64,000 nt of DNA from Promethearchaeota archaeon (GTDB lineage Archaea; Asgardarchaeota; Lokiarchaeia; Sigyniarchaeales; SOKP01), in assembly GCA_011364975.1 (NCBI GenBank), contig RDOE01000006.1, positions 1-64,000 on the forward strand. The letters are read 5' to 3'. The stretch's first letter is position 1. The number at the start of each line of letters is the position of its first letter. The notes beneath the pieces are model-generated. The model worked only from the letters and a program-made list of their open reading frames with translations. It searched no databases and was not told where the DNA came from. Of the stretch, positions 19,475 to 29,263 are shown in pieces. The position numbers and the translations under genes were made by a program.

Positions 19475-20653
19475 ATGAAAGCAATAGAAATTAATGCAAC
19501 ATGGTATCCAAAACCATCCTTTAAATTAGGATCTAAAGATATTAATGGAAAATTAACTTACTTAGGCTCACAAGTTTGGCGCAATCCTATTGTTAAAATG
19601 GTAGAAAAGCCAAAACCTCATATTAAACCAAATGAAGTCCTAATAAAGGTGAAACGGTGTGGTATATGTGGAAGTGACGTTCATATGAACCAAACTTATG
19701 AAGACGGCTATATTTATTATCCTGGTCTTACCTCATTTCCTGTAACCTTAGGCCATGAATTTGCTGGTGAAATTGCAGAGGTTGGCTCACAAGCGATAAA
19801 TAAAAGAACAGGAAGGCCATATGAAATAGGGGAACCTGTAACAGTTGAAGAAATGGTTTGGTGTGGAGAATGTAAACCCTGCTGTGACGGTTATCCTAAC
19901 CACTGTGAAAGGTTACAAGAGATTGGTTTTTCCATCGATGGAGCATTTGCAGAATATATTGCAGTGCCTGCAAAGTTATGTTGGAGCTTAAGGAAATTAG
20001 ACAAAAAGTATAACGATATTTACAAAATTGGAAGCCTTGTTGAACCAACTTCCGTGGCTTATAATGCAGTAATAGAAAGAGGAGGAGGGATCCGCCCCGG
20101 TGAGAATGTTGTAATATTAGGAGCCGGTCCAATAGGGTTAGCAGCTGCAAAGTTATTAAAGTTTGCGGGTGCTGGAGTATGTCTTATGTCTGAACCTGAT
20201 CCTAATCGTGCAGGTTTAGCTAAAAAATTAGGTGCGGATTATGTAATAAATCCAATTAAAGATGATTTTGTCGAAAAAGTTAAAGAATATACTGGAAATG
20301 AAGGTGCTACATTATACCTTGAGGCTTCAGGATTACCGAATTTAGTTTGTGATGATATTCAAAATGCTATATGGGAATGTAAAGCTGTCAATAGTACTGT
20401 CGTAATTGTAGCTCGAGCTGAACAAAGAATGCCGGTTTGTGGTGAATATTTCCAAGTTCGCCGAGCACGAATTGTAGGTGCTCAAGGGCATTCTGGTCAT
20501 GGGACATTTTCGAATGTTATAAGTTGTATGGCAGCAGGCATGGATGTTAGTCCTATGATTACAAAAGAAATAACTTTAAATGAAGTACCAGATAATATTA
20601 AACTTCTTCAAACAGATAGGACTAACTGCAAAATTTCTGCAATAATTAACTAG
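19475..20653 (+). CDS. iolM: Zn-dependent dehydrogenase, scyllo-inosose 3-dehydrogenase-like
   Basis: CGICGSDVH, GHEFAG, WCGECKPCCDGYPNHC, GAQGHSGHGTF; context with iolG and creatininase-family gene. Confidence 0.85.
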   Translation: MKAIEINATWYPKPSFKLGSKDINGKLTYLGSQVWRNPIVKMVEKPKPHIKPNEVLIKVKRCGICGSDVHMNQTYEDGYIYYPGLTSFPVTLGHEFAGEIAEVGSQAINKRTGRPYEIGEPVTVEEMVWCGECKPCCDGYPNHCERLQEIGFSIDGAFAEYIAVPAKLCWSLRKLDKKYNDIYKIGSLVEPTSVAYNAVIERGGGIRPGENVVILGAGPIGLAAAKLLKFAGAGVCLMSEPDPNRAGLAKKLGADYVINPIKDDFVEKVKEYTGNEGATLYLEASGLPNLVCDDIQNAIWECKAVNSTVVIVARAEQRMPVCGEYFQVRRARIVGAQGHSGHGTFSNVISCMAAGMDVSPMITKEITLNEVPDNIKLLQTDRTNCKISAIIN

Positions 20654-20657
20654 AACT

Positions 20658-21473
20658 CTAATTCAAGATTAATTTTAAATACTCAAAAGAACTTTTAGCA
20701 ACCTCTTCAAATGATGGTTTCATTATAGTTTCAATGGACGCAAATTGATTATATCCAGCTTTTTTAAATATATTTAAGAAACCTTTAAAGTCAAAGTGAC
20801 CTGAACCAGGAGCTCTCCGATTACTATCTGCAAGATGGATATGTCCAACTTTATTGCAAATACTTTTTAAATCATCCCAAATAAAAAATGGATCTTCCTC
20901 CAAATATGTATGAAAAGAATCTATTAGAAGTGTTAAATTTTCAGATCCAATCTCTTCAATTAATTCAATTGATTCTCTTATTGTATTGTATGAATCTATT
21001 TCAAAACGATTTATAGGTTCAAATAACAATTCTACTCCACTATCTTCTGCGAAAGCAATACATCTTTTAAGTGAAGATATTATATTTGATTTTTCCTTCT
21101 TTGGGCTACTATCATATTTATATCTACCTCTGATTAATCCAATAATAACTTTCGATTTAATTTCACTAGCAAAATCAACATATTTATTGATTCTATCTAT
21201 AGCTTTTTCTCTATTTACTTCATTATTATCCCCTAATGAATACCCAAACCGAATATAAGTACTCCCAGTACCCAAAGCAGGGATTCGAATTTGATATGAA
21301 TCAATAACTTCCCTTATTTGCATGATATCAATCTTTTCTGGTTCTAAAAGACTCAATTCAATCCCATCATAGTCTAAAGATTTTAATAGATGACATAATA
21401 TCGAAAACTTTTTGATAATGCTTTCTTTATTGCTATTGGATTCATCCAATCCAGAAACGATGCTTATTAACAT
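20658..21473 (-). CDS. iolO: Sugar phosphate isomerase/epimerase, 5-keto-L-gluconate epimerase-like
   Basis: ALGTG, VIIGLIRG, EPINRFE, DSFH, HIHLADSNRRAPGSGHFDF. Confidence 0.8.
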   Translation of the reverse strand: MLISIVSGLDESNSNKESIIKKFSILCHLLKSLDYDGIELSLLEPEKIDIMQIREVIDSYQIRIPALGTGSTYIRFGYSLGDNNEVNREKAIDRINKYVDFASEIKSKVIIGLIRGRYKYDSSPKKEKSNIISSLKRCIAFAEDSGVELLFEPINRFEIDSYNTIRESIELIEEIGSENLTLLIDSFHTYLEEDPFFIWDDLKSICNKVGHIHLADSNRRAPGSGHFDFKGFLNIFKKAGYNQFASIETIMKPSFEEVAKSSFEYLKLILN

Positions 21474-21560
21474 ATATTAACTTAAAACTCTTTTATTAAA
21501 AAAATTTAACCGAAGTAAACTTTCATAATATTATAAAATTTGTAAAAAGGTGAAAATAAA

Positions 21561-22529
21561 ATGGGAAAATGGAATCTTCCTCCTAAAAGTGGTCATATGG
21601 ATATACCTGATGGGATATATCTACAAAACATGACTATAAAGGACATAAAAGAAAGAGTTAAAAAGAATGATGTTATTATAATTCCAACTGGATCAACCGA
21701 GAACCATGGTCCCGCAGCCTGTATTGGAGAAGATACTTTCCTGGTTACTAGAATGGCTGAATTGGTGGCTCAAAAAACTGGTTGCACTGTAGCTCAACCC
21801 ACTTGGTATGGTTCACACCCTTATCATCATGTGGGGATGCCTGGAACTATAATCGTACCCGAAGAAATCTTTAAAGGTTTATTAAGAGCGATAATTGCAG
21901 GATGTTGGAATATGGGGTTCAGAAAGATGATACTTCTTAATGGTCATGGCCAAGAATACGTTATTCCTTCTGCTATACATGAATGGGCTAAAATTTATCA
22001 ATTACCTGCTGTAATTTGTAATGTAAATTGGTATCATGCAATTCCTAAATATTGTATGGATATGGCTCATGGTGGTCCATTTGAAACGCCATTTATTCAT
22101 GCTGATGAGGCCGAAACATCCTTCTCTATGACATTATTCCCTGAAATGATTAAGAAAATTGATGCCTGTGAGGATAACGAAGTTGTTGGCTGGATGCCAG
22201 ATGGACATGTAGATAAAGCTGGCAATATATATCAAAGACCAATCCGATGGTATGGTCAAGTTGGTTTTGGGCCAATAGAGCTAGCTGCTTATCCCGAAGG
22301 TCATGTTGGATGTCCAAGTAAGGCTAAATTCGAAAAAGGAGAACCTGGAATGGAGGCTTTCTTAGATTACTTAGAGAAACTAGTAAATGATATTCTAAAG
22401 ACATTTCCTCCTGGAATCTTACCCCCAATAGAGGGAATAACACAGCGTGAGCAAAAAGAGCTTGAACCATACATTAAAGGACCGTTAAATGGTGGAAAAA
22501 GTATATATGAATTACGTTATCCTCCATAA
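21561..22529 (+). CDS. iolN: Creatininase-family hydrolase, 3-dehydro-scyllo-inosose hydrolase-like
   Basis: PTGSTENHG, GEDTF, YGSHPYHH.GMPGT, NGHGQE, PFIHADEAETS. Confidence 0.85.
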   Translation: MGKWNLPPKSGHMDIPDGIYLQNMTIKDIKERVKKNDVIIIPTGSTENHGPAACIGEDTFLVTRMAELVAQKTGCTVAQPTWYGSHPYHHVGMPGTIIVPEEIFKGLLRAIIAGCWNMGFRKMILLNGHGQEYVIPSAIHEWAKIYQLPAVICNVNWYHAIPKYCMDMAHGGPFETPFIHADEAETSFSMTLFPEMIKKIDACEDNEVVGWMPDGHVDKAGNIYQRPIRWYGQVGFGPIELAAYPEGHVGCPSKAKFEKGEPGMEAFLDYLEKLVNDILKTFPPGILPPIEGITQREQKELEPYIKGPLNGGKSIYELRYPP

Positions 22530-22615
22530 ATACTAATTTCTTTCCTTTTTTTTATCCTTTATATATTACTTTATCTTTATCTAATTAAAAAAAAACAGTA
22601 AAATAATGAAAGAGA

Positions 22616-22759
22616 TTAAATGTCGTATACATCATTAATAAATTCTGCTTCTTTTTGAAGTAGTGTTTTTTTTAGATTGGAATTGGATTTTTTACTATTT
22701 TTTTTTCGCGATTTTTGATTTTTAAGTTCCATTTTTTCATCATAAGTAAAAACTGGCAT
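22616..22759 (-). CDS. Putative small basic protein (47 aa, not in ORF track)
   Basis: Manual translation MPVFTYDEKMELKNQKSRKKNSKKSNSNLKKTLLQKEAEFINDVYDI; fills an intergenic gap. Confidence 0.4.
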   Translation of the reverse strand: MPVFTYDEKMELKNQKSRKKNSKKSNSNLKKTLLQKEAEFINDVYDI

Positions 22760-22908
22760 AATTTCACACTTTCTAGAAATAATACCTCTAAGGAGATCAA
22801 GTTAAATCGAAAATTTAAGTATTTTGATTAATTTTTATTTATTTTAAAATAACAATTTAAAGTCAAATACTAATACTAATAAAAGAGTAAAAAAATAGTA
22901 AAAAAAAA

Positions 22909-23415
22909 TTATAATTTTGATCCACAATATGCGCAGAAGGCAGCTTCACTACGCTCAATTGGAGTACCACAACTAGGACAAAATTTTGCGCCCTCTGGAG
23001 GAATCTTTTGAGCTATTGGAGGCTCTTCCTTTATAACCTGCATTTCTTTTGCAGAACCAGTGTCAGCGGAAAAATTGCCCCTTAATCTGCCTGATGCTTT
23101 TAAATCCAGTATTATTGCCTTTATATCTCTCACAGAAATTCCAGTATTATTACTAATTTCTTCGATTGAAATATTTGGATTCTGCTTGAATTCATATAAA
23201 ACAACATTTTTTAACTTGCTACGATTGACTAAAGCTGCAATTTGACTAACTAATATTGCTGTTCCAATACCAATCCAAAGAAAACCCATCCAATTAATAC
23301 CAAATCGCCAGAAACCGTCCATAAACGCATTAATCCCCCAGTAATAAAATATACCAGCAATTAATAATGCGCATATTGAAAATCCTTCTGTATATTGATT
23401 TCTTTTATATTTCAT
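22909..23415 (-). CDS. 2-TM + winged-helix + zinc-ribbon protein (paralogue 1)
   Basis: Two TM helices, SIEEISNNTGISVRDIKAIILDLKASGRLRG, C-terminal CPSCG..CAYCG. Confidence 0.75.
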   Translation of the reverse strand: MKYKRNQYTEGFSICALLIAGIFYYWGINAFMDGFWRFGINWMGFLWIGIGTAILVSQIAALVNRSKLKNVVLYEFKQNPNISIEEISNNTGISVRDIKAIILDLKASGRLRGNFSADTGSAKEMQVIKEEPPIAQKIPPEGAKFCPSCGTPIERSEAAFCAYCGSKL

Positions 23416-23561
23416 AGCAATTCTTCTTTTATTAATGATTAATAAAAAGTAATGGAAGAGAATATAAATCTCTTTTATGGTCCAATTTTTAACATGATTA
23501 TAGGTTTCATTAAAATTTTTTAAGAGAAAAATAAAAAGAAAAAATAGAATTTAATTAGAAA

Positions 23562-24074
23562 TTATAATTTTGCTCCACAATATGCACAATAGACCGCTGC
23601 ATCCTTACTTACTGGAGTTCCGCAATTTGAGCAATATTTTCCTTTTTCATAAACTTTAGATTCAGTTTCAGGCAACATAGTAGAATCAACTTCGACATGT
23701 TTAGCTTCTCCAGTTTTCGTTGAAAATTTCCCTCTCAATTCACCACGTGCTTTTAAGTCCAACACAATCGCGCGAACATCTTTAATAGTTATTCCTGTGT
23801 TTATTGAAATTTGCTCAATAGTTGCGTTTGGAGTTTGCTCAAATTCTAATTTAACAATGCTTCTAAGTTTACTTCTGTTAGAAAGAGCATAAATCTGGCC
23901 AGATATTATCGCAATACCTATAGCTATCCAAATAAAACCCGACCACCACCACCAATGCCAGCTATCCGTCATAAGCGTGTTAAATCCCCACCAAAGAAAC
24001 CCACCAGCTATTATTAATCCGCAGATACTAAACCCTTCTGAATATTGATTTTTTTCGTATTTCAATTTATTCAC
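23562..24074 (-). CDS. 2-TM + winged-helix + zinc-ribbon protein (paralogue 2)
   Basis: Clear tandem paralogue (NQYSEGFSIC, NRSKL, LDLKARGELRG, CSNCG..CAYCG). Confidence 0.75.
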   Translation of the reverse strand: MNKLKYEKNQYSEGFSICGLIIAGGFLWWGFNTLMTDSWHWWWWSGFIWIAIGIAIISGQIYALSNRSKLRSIVKLEFEQTPNATIEQISINTGITIKDVRAIVLDLKARGELRGKFSTKTGEAKHVEVDSTMLPETESKVYEKGKYCSNCGTPVSKDAAVYCAYCGAKL

Positions 24075-24185
24075 CTTAAATTTTACTCTATTATATTAAA
24101 TATTATATATATGATTTAGAGGGTCCGATATTTAATTAATTCTCTTTATTATAATAATCCAAAAATTATGAAAAAAACTAGTTTA

Positions 24186-24542
24186 TTAAGAAGGTTGAAC
24201 AGATTGATTGATTATATTAAAAACATCCTTTACCTTAACTTGATCTTCAGTTAAGAGGATTATTAATTTTTCTAATATTTTAATAGAAAGAATATAATAG
24301 TTATCCGAATGTATTATATTGAAATCTGGACTATGTAATCCAATGCTTTCAGTAGTTTCCTCAGCTAATTCGTAAAGCTGAGATACATTTAAAGATATAG
24401 ATGCTTTATTAAATTCATCCTCATTAATATATGACCTTATTACCACTCCATTTTCAGATGTAACTAAAATGAAGTAGACAGAAGGACCCAACTCGTTAAT
24501 TAAATTATTTAAGATTAAGTCCAAATCTAATAATACGGTCAT
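24186..24542 (-). CDS. Roadblock/LC7-like domain protein
   Basis: Helix, ILVTSENGVVI hairpin, long helix, three beta strands, C-terminal helix; 118 aa. Confidence 0.7.
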   Translation of the reverse strand: MTVLLDLDLILNNLINELGPSVYFILVTSENGVVIRSYINEDEFNKASISLNVSQLYELAEETTESIGLHSPDFNIIHSDNYYILSIKILEKLIILLTEDQVKVKDVFNIINQSVQPS

Positions 24543-24677
24543 TACTATATAGTTTATGATATTGGAATTATAAATATGTTTGTATGGTTTACTTATTACA
24601 TACTGATAGTACGTAAAGATTCCGACAAAAACCCCTAAAAAACCCCTGAAAAATTATTAAATTTTGAGGATTGAATA

Positions 24678-25478
24678 TTAAATAACGAAGTACCTATCAA
24701 CCACTTTTTCAAATTTCCCAAAAGGGCTTAAGTCTCCATTAAAATCCTTAATATGATCTTTATAGATCATAAAAAATTCTTCCATTAATAATTCAATATA
24801 TCTCTTTGTATTTTTGGATTTAACCGACTTCTCAACTAAATATGCGAAAATAATTTCATCTTTCATGCTTAGATATAATTGCTGATTTTCAAAACTTATG
24901 GCTTCTAAAACTTCACCTGAATGTTTCCCTACCACTTCATTTGAAAAAGTTATTATCGCAGAAATAAAACCACCAATCTGAATATAATTTTCAGATAAAT
25001 AATTCATATTTTTTTTAATTTTTGTAAACAATGAATGCCCTGTGCTACTAATTATAAATAAAGCAGAAGTATCTGTAGCATTTGGAACTGCCTTTTTACA
25101 AACATTATCGAATTCTGAAATTGGACGATTTAAAGTTATTATTTTTATAAACTCTTTTGAAAGATTGCACAAATCTTCATATCTAACTAATTTATCCTTT
25201 TCGTTTAAATAAAATATCGCAATGATCTCATAATCTAATTTATAGAAATGAACATAAACCGTATAACTCCCAATTAAGTCAATTACTTTCCCCTCTTCTT
25301 TTTGAAGAATTTCTTTTTTATATAACTGGATCATCTTTTTCATTAAAGAATTTCCAATCCCCTTACTATAGACGATATTATGAGTTATCTCAGAGATGCT
25401 AACTATTCCAAGTCCTATTAAATTTAATGAACCAGGAAAAACAATAGATTCCTCATAAGTATTTTCTAATACAATCAT
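24678..25478 (-). CDS. Protein with C-terminal longin-like domain
   Basis: LFIISSTGHSLF, IGGFISAIITFSNEV, LMEEFFMIY..FNGDLSPFGKFEKVV pattern typical of Asgard longin-like domains. Confidence 0.6.
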   Translation of the reverse strand: MIVLENTYEESIVFPGSLNLIGLGIVSISEITHNIVYSKGIGNSLMKKMIQLYKKEILQKEEGKVIDLIGSYTVYVHFYKLDYEIIAIFYLNEKDKLVRYEDLCNLSKEFIKIITLNRPISEFDNVCKKAVPNATDTSALFIISSTGHSLFTKIKKNMNYLSENYIQIGGFISAIITFSNEVVGKHSGEVLEAISFENQQLYLSMKDEIIFAYLVEKSVKSKNTKRYIELLMEEFFMIYKDHIKDFNGDLSPFGKFEKVVDRYFVI

Positions 25479-25733
25479 TTTTTCCTAATATTATGGTTAT
25501 TTTTTTGTGGTAAAATAATTGCTAAAAAAAAATAAATTATGTGCAAAAATAATTATTTGTACTAATAATTTTTAGATTATTTATATATTTAAATCTTTCG
25601 GTTGTGGTAAAAAAATTTTTAAAAAGGATAAAAATACAGTGATAAAATACTTATTAAAGACCTGAAAACATTTAAATTTCCATTTTTTTATAATTTAATT
25701 GTAAATAGAATTTTTGCATAACAAAAATGTAAA

Positions 25734-26090
25734 ATGTTATCAAAAAATGCGAATAATATGTTAGGTGTACTAAAAATGATAGAATTAATTCAAAATTTTG
25801 ATATTAAACCTTATTTAAACGAATTTAAGAAAAATAATTTCTATATTCAAACCTTAGTAGATATTGAAAATATATATTCCTCAAAAGAATATTCGCAGTT
25901 TATTACTAATTTATATGAATTCTTTAATCAACAATCCATAGATCATGAAGAAAAATCAGGTCATAATCATTGTATAGCTGTAAAAAAGGTTATTGATCAA
26001 TTTTGGAGCTTAATGTTAGGAGCAGATTTAATTAGAAAATATTCTAATTGTCTTAAAAAAAAATCGAAATTCAGCAAAAGTTTAACTTAG
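25734..26090 (+). CDS. Hypothetical protein
   Basis: ORF only; true start may be the later ATG following AGGTG. Confidence 0.45.
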   Translation: MLSKNANNMLGVLKMIELIQNFDIKPYLNEFKKNNFYIQTLVDIENIYSSKEYSQFITNLYEFFNQQSIDHEEKSGHNHCIAVKKVIDQFWSLMLGADLIRKYSNCLKKKSKFSKSLT

Positions 26091-26108
26091 CGTTCCAAAA
26101 AATTAATT

Positions 26109-26672
26109 TTATTTGGGATTTCTATGTAGCTGTATTATCGATAATAACCCAAGTAATTTTGAGAAATCGATTTCTTCTTGATTATCTTCTTTAGGATTCC
26201 AACCAAAAAGTATTTTTGCTGACTTACCGAATTCAGAAACATAACATTTCATTAAACTGATCTTTTGATTCTTTTCAGTTATAAATTCTACATGGCATTT
26301 ATAACGGTGAAATCCATGTCTTACTACTACATCTTCAGGATTGGCATGAAGATTTTTTACCCAACCTGATTTTTCTCCCATTGCAGAAAAAATTGTAATT
26401 ACATCCTCAAATCTCCTATACTCTAGGGGAGTTCTTCTTTTTTTCCCATCTTTCCACCCTATAGTTGTTAAGATTAAAATTGCCCATCCAAAACCTAGTA
26501 AGGGTAATACTCCTAAACGGTACAATGGTATCATGAAATATTTGTTTAATTTTTGCCACCTTCTCAACTTCTTTTTCTTTGAAAATTCATCTCGAAAGTG
26601 GAAATTATATATAACTGATCCAGGGCGTGGTAAGTCTCCAGTTTTTATTTTCTTTTTATCATTTTGAGCCAT
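26109..26672 (-). CDS. Deazaflavin (F420)-dependent nitroreductase family protein
   Basis: LILTTIGWKDGKKRRTPL, SGWVKNLHANP motifs. Confidence 0.85.
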   Translation of the reverse strand: MAQNDKKKIKTGDLPRPGSVIYNFHFRDEFSKKKKLRRWQKLNKYFMIPLYRLGVLPLLGFGWAILILTTIGWKDGKKRRTPLEYRRFEDVITIFSAMGEKSGWVKNLHANPEDVVVRHGFHRYKCHVEFITEKNQKISLMKCYVSEFGKSAKILFGWNPKEDNQEEIDFSKLLGLLSIIQLHRNPK

Positions 26673-26739
26673 TTTTTTTTAAAATTTGTATAATTTCTTA
26701 TATATCTTTTTTAAAGAGAGAATCTTAAGATTTATTAAT

Positions 26740-27012
26740 TTATTTTTCTGAAAATTGCGATTCTTTCGCAGAATTTTCACCCTTCTTATTTTTTTTATGT
26801 GGTTTTGGTATTGATAAAAAAAACAGAATAACTGCTAATGGAACCATAATATAATTCCCAACAACACCAGGAGCAATTCCTACAGTTTCAAAAGGTTTTA
26901 ATAAACCTACACCAATACGCATTATGTATTCAATTATGATTAAAATGTACATGAATGGTATCAAATTTTTATAACGAAAAAATACCACCAGAAAAACAAT
27001 ACTCATAAACAT
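26740..27012 (-). CDS. Small membrane protein, possibly a 5'-truncated remnant next to the tRNA-Arg 3' end
   Basis: Begins inside a hydrophobic helix (VVFFRYKNLIPFMY); 3 TM segments. Confidence 0.4.
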   Translation of the reverse strand: MFMSIVFLVVFFRYKNLIPFMYILIIIEYIMRIGVGLLKPFETVGIAPGVVGNYIMVPLAVILFFLSIPKPHKKNKKGENSAKESQFSEK

Positions 27013-27089
27013 TTTCTGCTCTCTCAGGAAGTAACTTTTTTAATAGGATAGACAAATTTGATCAACACCTCAAAAAATAGTATTTAAAA

Positions 27090-27194
27090 TGGGCCTAGCA
27101 GGATTCGAACCTGCGACATCCCAGTCCGAAGCCTTGTGCAGTATCGCACAGATTGCGAATCTTGGGCACCCTATCCAGACTAGATTATAGGCCC
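27090..27194 (-). tRNA. tRNA-Arg(TCG) with 30-nt intron at about position 29/30
   Basis: GGGCCTA/TAGGCCC acceptor; removing 27134-27163 gives CCCGG-CTTCGGA-CTGGG; BHB central helix GTGC/GCAC; T arm GCAGG-TTCGAAT-CCTGC. Confidence 0.88.
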
Positions 27195-27300
27195 ATTATC
27201 GAGATAATAAATTTTGATTATAAGGAGATCATGTTTTCTATCTAAAAAAAGTTTGGATATCTAAGAATTATCTCAACCATAAATTTTACAATCAAATAGC

Positions 27301-27768
27301 TTAGATGTGGTTGGTTAAATAATAATTAATATATTGGAAGAAAATCTTCAACAAATTTCTAATAATAATGCCATCAGACAAATTTCCTTGTATTTTAACC
27401 AACCCTCTCATAAATGAATCGGTAGGGTCTAATCTTTGAGTAAATATTCTTTTAAAAACTTTCTTAGAAAGAATAAAGTGAATGATTTTCATTTCTTCTG
27501 GGACATTTTCATAATAAGATGTATTAAAGGTTAATTTTGCTCCTACTTTCTTTATCCATATATTATAATCTATATCATGAATGTATATATGAAAAAACAT
27601 GTCATCATACAGATTAAGTTCGTCTTTTAAATCTTCGGATTCATGTGATATCTCTACAATTAATTTAACTAACTCATCTAAAGTAGATTTAGCGTTCCCT
27701 CCTGTTGATTCTAATGAGTTTAAAATCAAACTTATTACATTTGAATCAATCATACTAACTTCAGTCAT
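27301..27768 (-). CDS. SCP2 sterol/lipid-binding domain protein
   Basis: LDPTDSFMRGLVKIQGNL motif; EDLKDEL shared with neighbours. Confidence 0.82.
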   Translation of the reverse strand: MTEVSMIDSNVISLILNSLESTGGNAKSTLDELVKLIVEISHESEDLKDELNLYDDMFFHIYIHDIDYNIWIKKVGAKLTFNTSYYENVPEEMKIIHFILSKKVFKRIFTQRLDPTDSFMRGLVKIQGNLSDGIIIRNLLKIFFQYINYYLTNHI

Positions 27769-27880
27769 TTAGTTCCATAGTCAATTTAACATGTTAAATA
27801 TTCATGTAACCGATGAAAAATATAGAGATGAATTATTTAAAACTTCATATAATATAGCGATGATAAGATCATACTTTTAA

Positions 27881-28312
27881 TTATTTTTTATAATTCGCTT
27901 TTGACAAATATTTAAAGAATAAACGAAAAAGTTTGATATATCTTACACCCTGAGAAAGATCTCCCTCGACATTAATCTTTCCTTTCATGAACTCATCAAC
28001 ACCACTCTCTTCACCCTTGAGTATCTTTATTATTAAACTTTTGGTAAATATCATTTTGAATTTTGCTTTAGGATTAATTCCTTCAGAATAGTCTAATCTC
28101 CCATTTGATACTTCTAACCAATATTTAAAATTAACATCCTTTATACAAGTTTGGTAAATATCATCTAACCCAAGCAATTCTTCTTTTAATTCTTCTGTGT
28201 TATTAATTACATTAACTCCAATCTTAATGATTCTTTCTAGGATTTTTATAAATTCCTTATTTGTCCCTTCTAAGCCATTTAATAATGAATTTATGGCATC
28301 ATTATCGAGCAT
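27881..28312 (-). CDS. SCP2 sterol/lipid-binding domain protein
   Basis: GEESGVDEFMKGKINVEGDL motif. Confidence 0.85.
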   Translation of the reverse strand: MLDNDAINSLLNGLEGTNKEFIKILERIIKIGVNVINNTEELKEELLGLDDIYQTCIKDVNFKYWLEVSNGRLDYSEGINPKAKFKMIFTKSLIIKILKGEESGVDEFMKGKINVEGDLSQGVRYIKLFRLFFKYLSKANYKK

Positions 28313-28514
28313 TTAGTTTTTTGAACAAACTTGTAATTATTATTCTCTTACCTTATATAACAATCTCAGAATTAATATTTATGTCTTTATTTTAATGACT
28401 TAATAACCTTATTGTCAGCAAGTATGATTTAATCTCATTCTACAAATTCTATAATAAAATTTTTATATTTGAAACTATTTCAATTGTTATATAACATAAG
28501 ATATTTCGCACTAA

Positions 28515-28619
28515 GCCCGCTTAGTGTAGCCCGGTCCAGCATTCGGGACTGTCACTCCTGCGACGCGGGTTCAAAAAAAAAGGGTTATTAACTCTTTTCT
28601 GAAATTCCCGCAGCGGGCG
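28515..28619 (+). tRNA. tRNA-Asp(GTC) with 30-nt intron in the T loop (59/60)
   Basis: GCCCGCT/AGCGGGC acceptor, CGGGA-CTGTCAC-TCCTG anticodon arm; removing 28576-28605 restores GCGGG-TTCAAAT-CCCGC; BHB helix TTCA/TGAA. Confidence 0.92.
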
Positions 28620-28834
28620 CTTTTTATCTGTATTTGAATTATTGATAATTTTTAGATTAGATAAAGTCTTTTAAGAATTCAAACGACAAAATGAAATATT
28701 ATTTTAATCTTTAAAAACATAATCATCATAAAAGCTTAAAGCTTTTTAAGTTAGAATAAATTTTCATAATCACAATTCAAATTAACTTCAAATTAATTTT
28801 GGAGATAAAAAAATTAAAAATTGGATGAGAAAAT

Positions 28835-29263
28835 ATGGTTGATGAAAAATTATTAAAGACTTTTAAAGAAAAGATGGATGCTGGAGCAGCAGCAGCTGAT
28901 CCAAAAGACACCTTAATGGTTTACGAGCTTTTTAAGCAAGTTGCCGAAGAAAATGATGACTTAAAAGAAGAATTAGAAGATATGGATATTACCATTCAAA
29001 TGATTCTTACTGATGCCGGTGATAGATTCTGGTTAAAAGCTCACGATGGCACTTTAGAGTTCGGCGAAGGTGATGTTGATAATCCATCCTTTACTTTCTC
29101 TGCGACCAAAGAAGTTGGTGCCGGATTATTATTCGGAGAAGTTGATGCTACAAGTGCCTATATGGCTGGTGACATCACCGTAGAAGGTAATCTACAAGAT
29201 GCGATGGCATTTCAAGAGATCATTGAATTAGCTCTTGAAGCTGTTGAGGATATGCTTGATTAA
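28835..29263 (+). CDS. SCP2 sterol/lipid-binding domain protein (acidic)
   Basis: GEVDATSAYMAGDITVEGNLQDA motif. Confidence 0.9.
   Translation: MVDEKLLKTFKEKMDAGAAAADPKDTLMVYELFKQVAEENDDLKEELEDMDITIQMILTDAGDRFWLKAHDGTLEFGEGDVDNPSFTFSATKEVGAGLLFGEVDATSAYMAGDITVEGNLQDAMAFQEIIELALEAVEDMLD

Noticed and set aside
25500-25620. Repeated TTGTGGTAAAA upstream of the longin-like gene as a regulatory motif
   Set aside because: Only two copies in very AT-rich sequence; cannot be separated from chance without comparative data
28573-28605. Poly-A run in tRNA-Asp as sequencing error or pseudogene
   Set aside because: The insert forms a hairpin with a proper BHB motif, and its removal restores a perfect T loop
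10303-28619. tRNA-anchored integrated elements or proviruses
   Set aside because: No integrase, transposase or viral genes, and I saw no duplicated tRNA 3' ends
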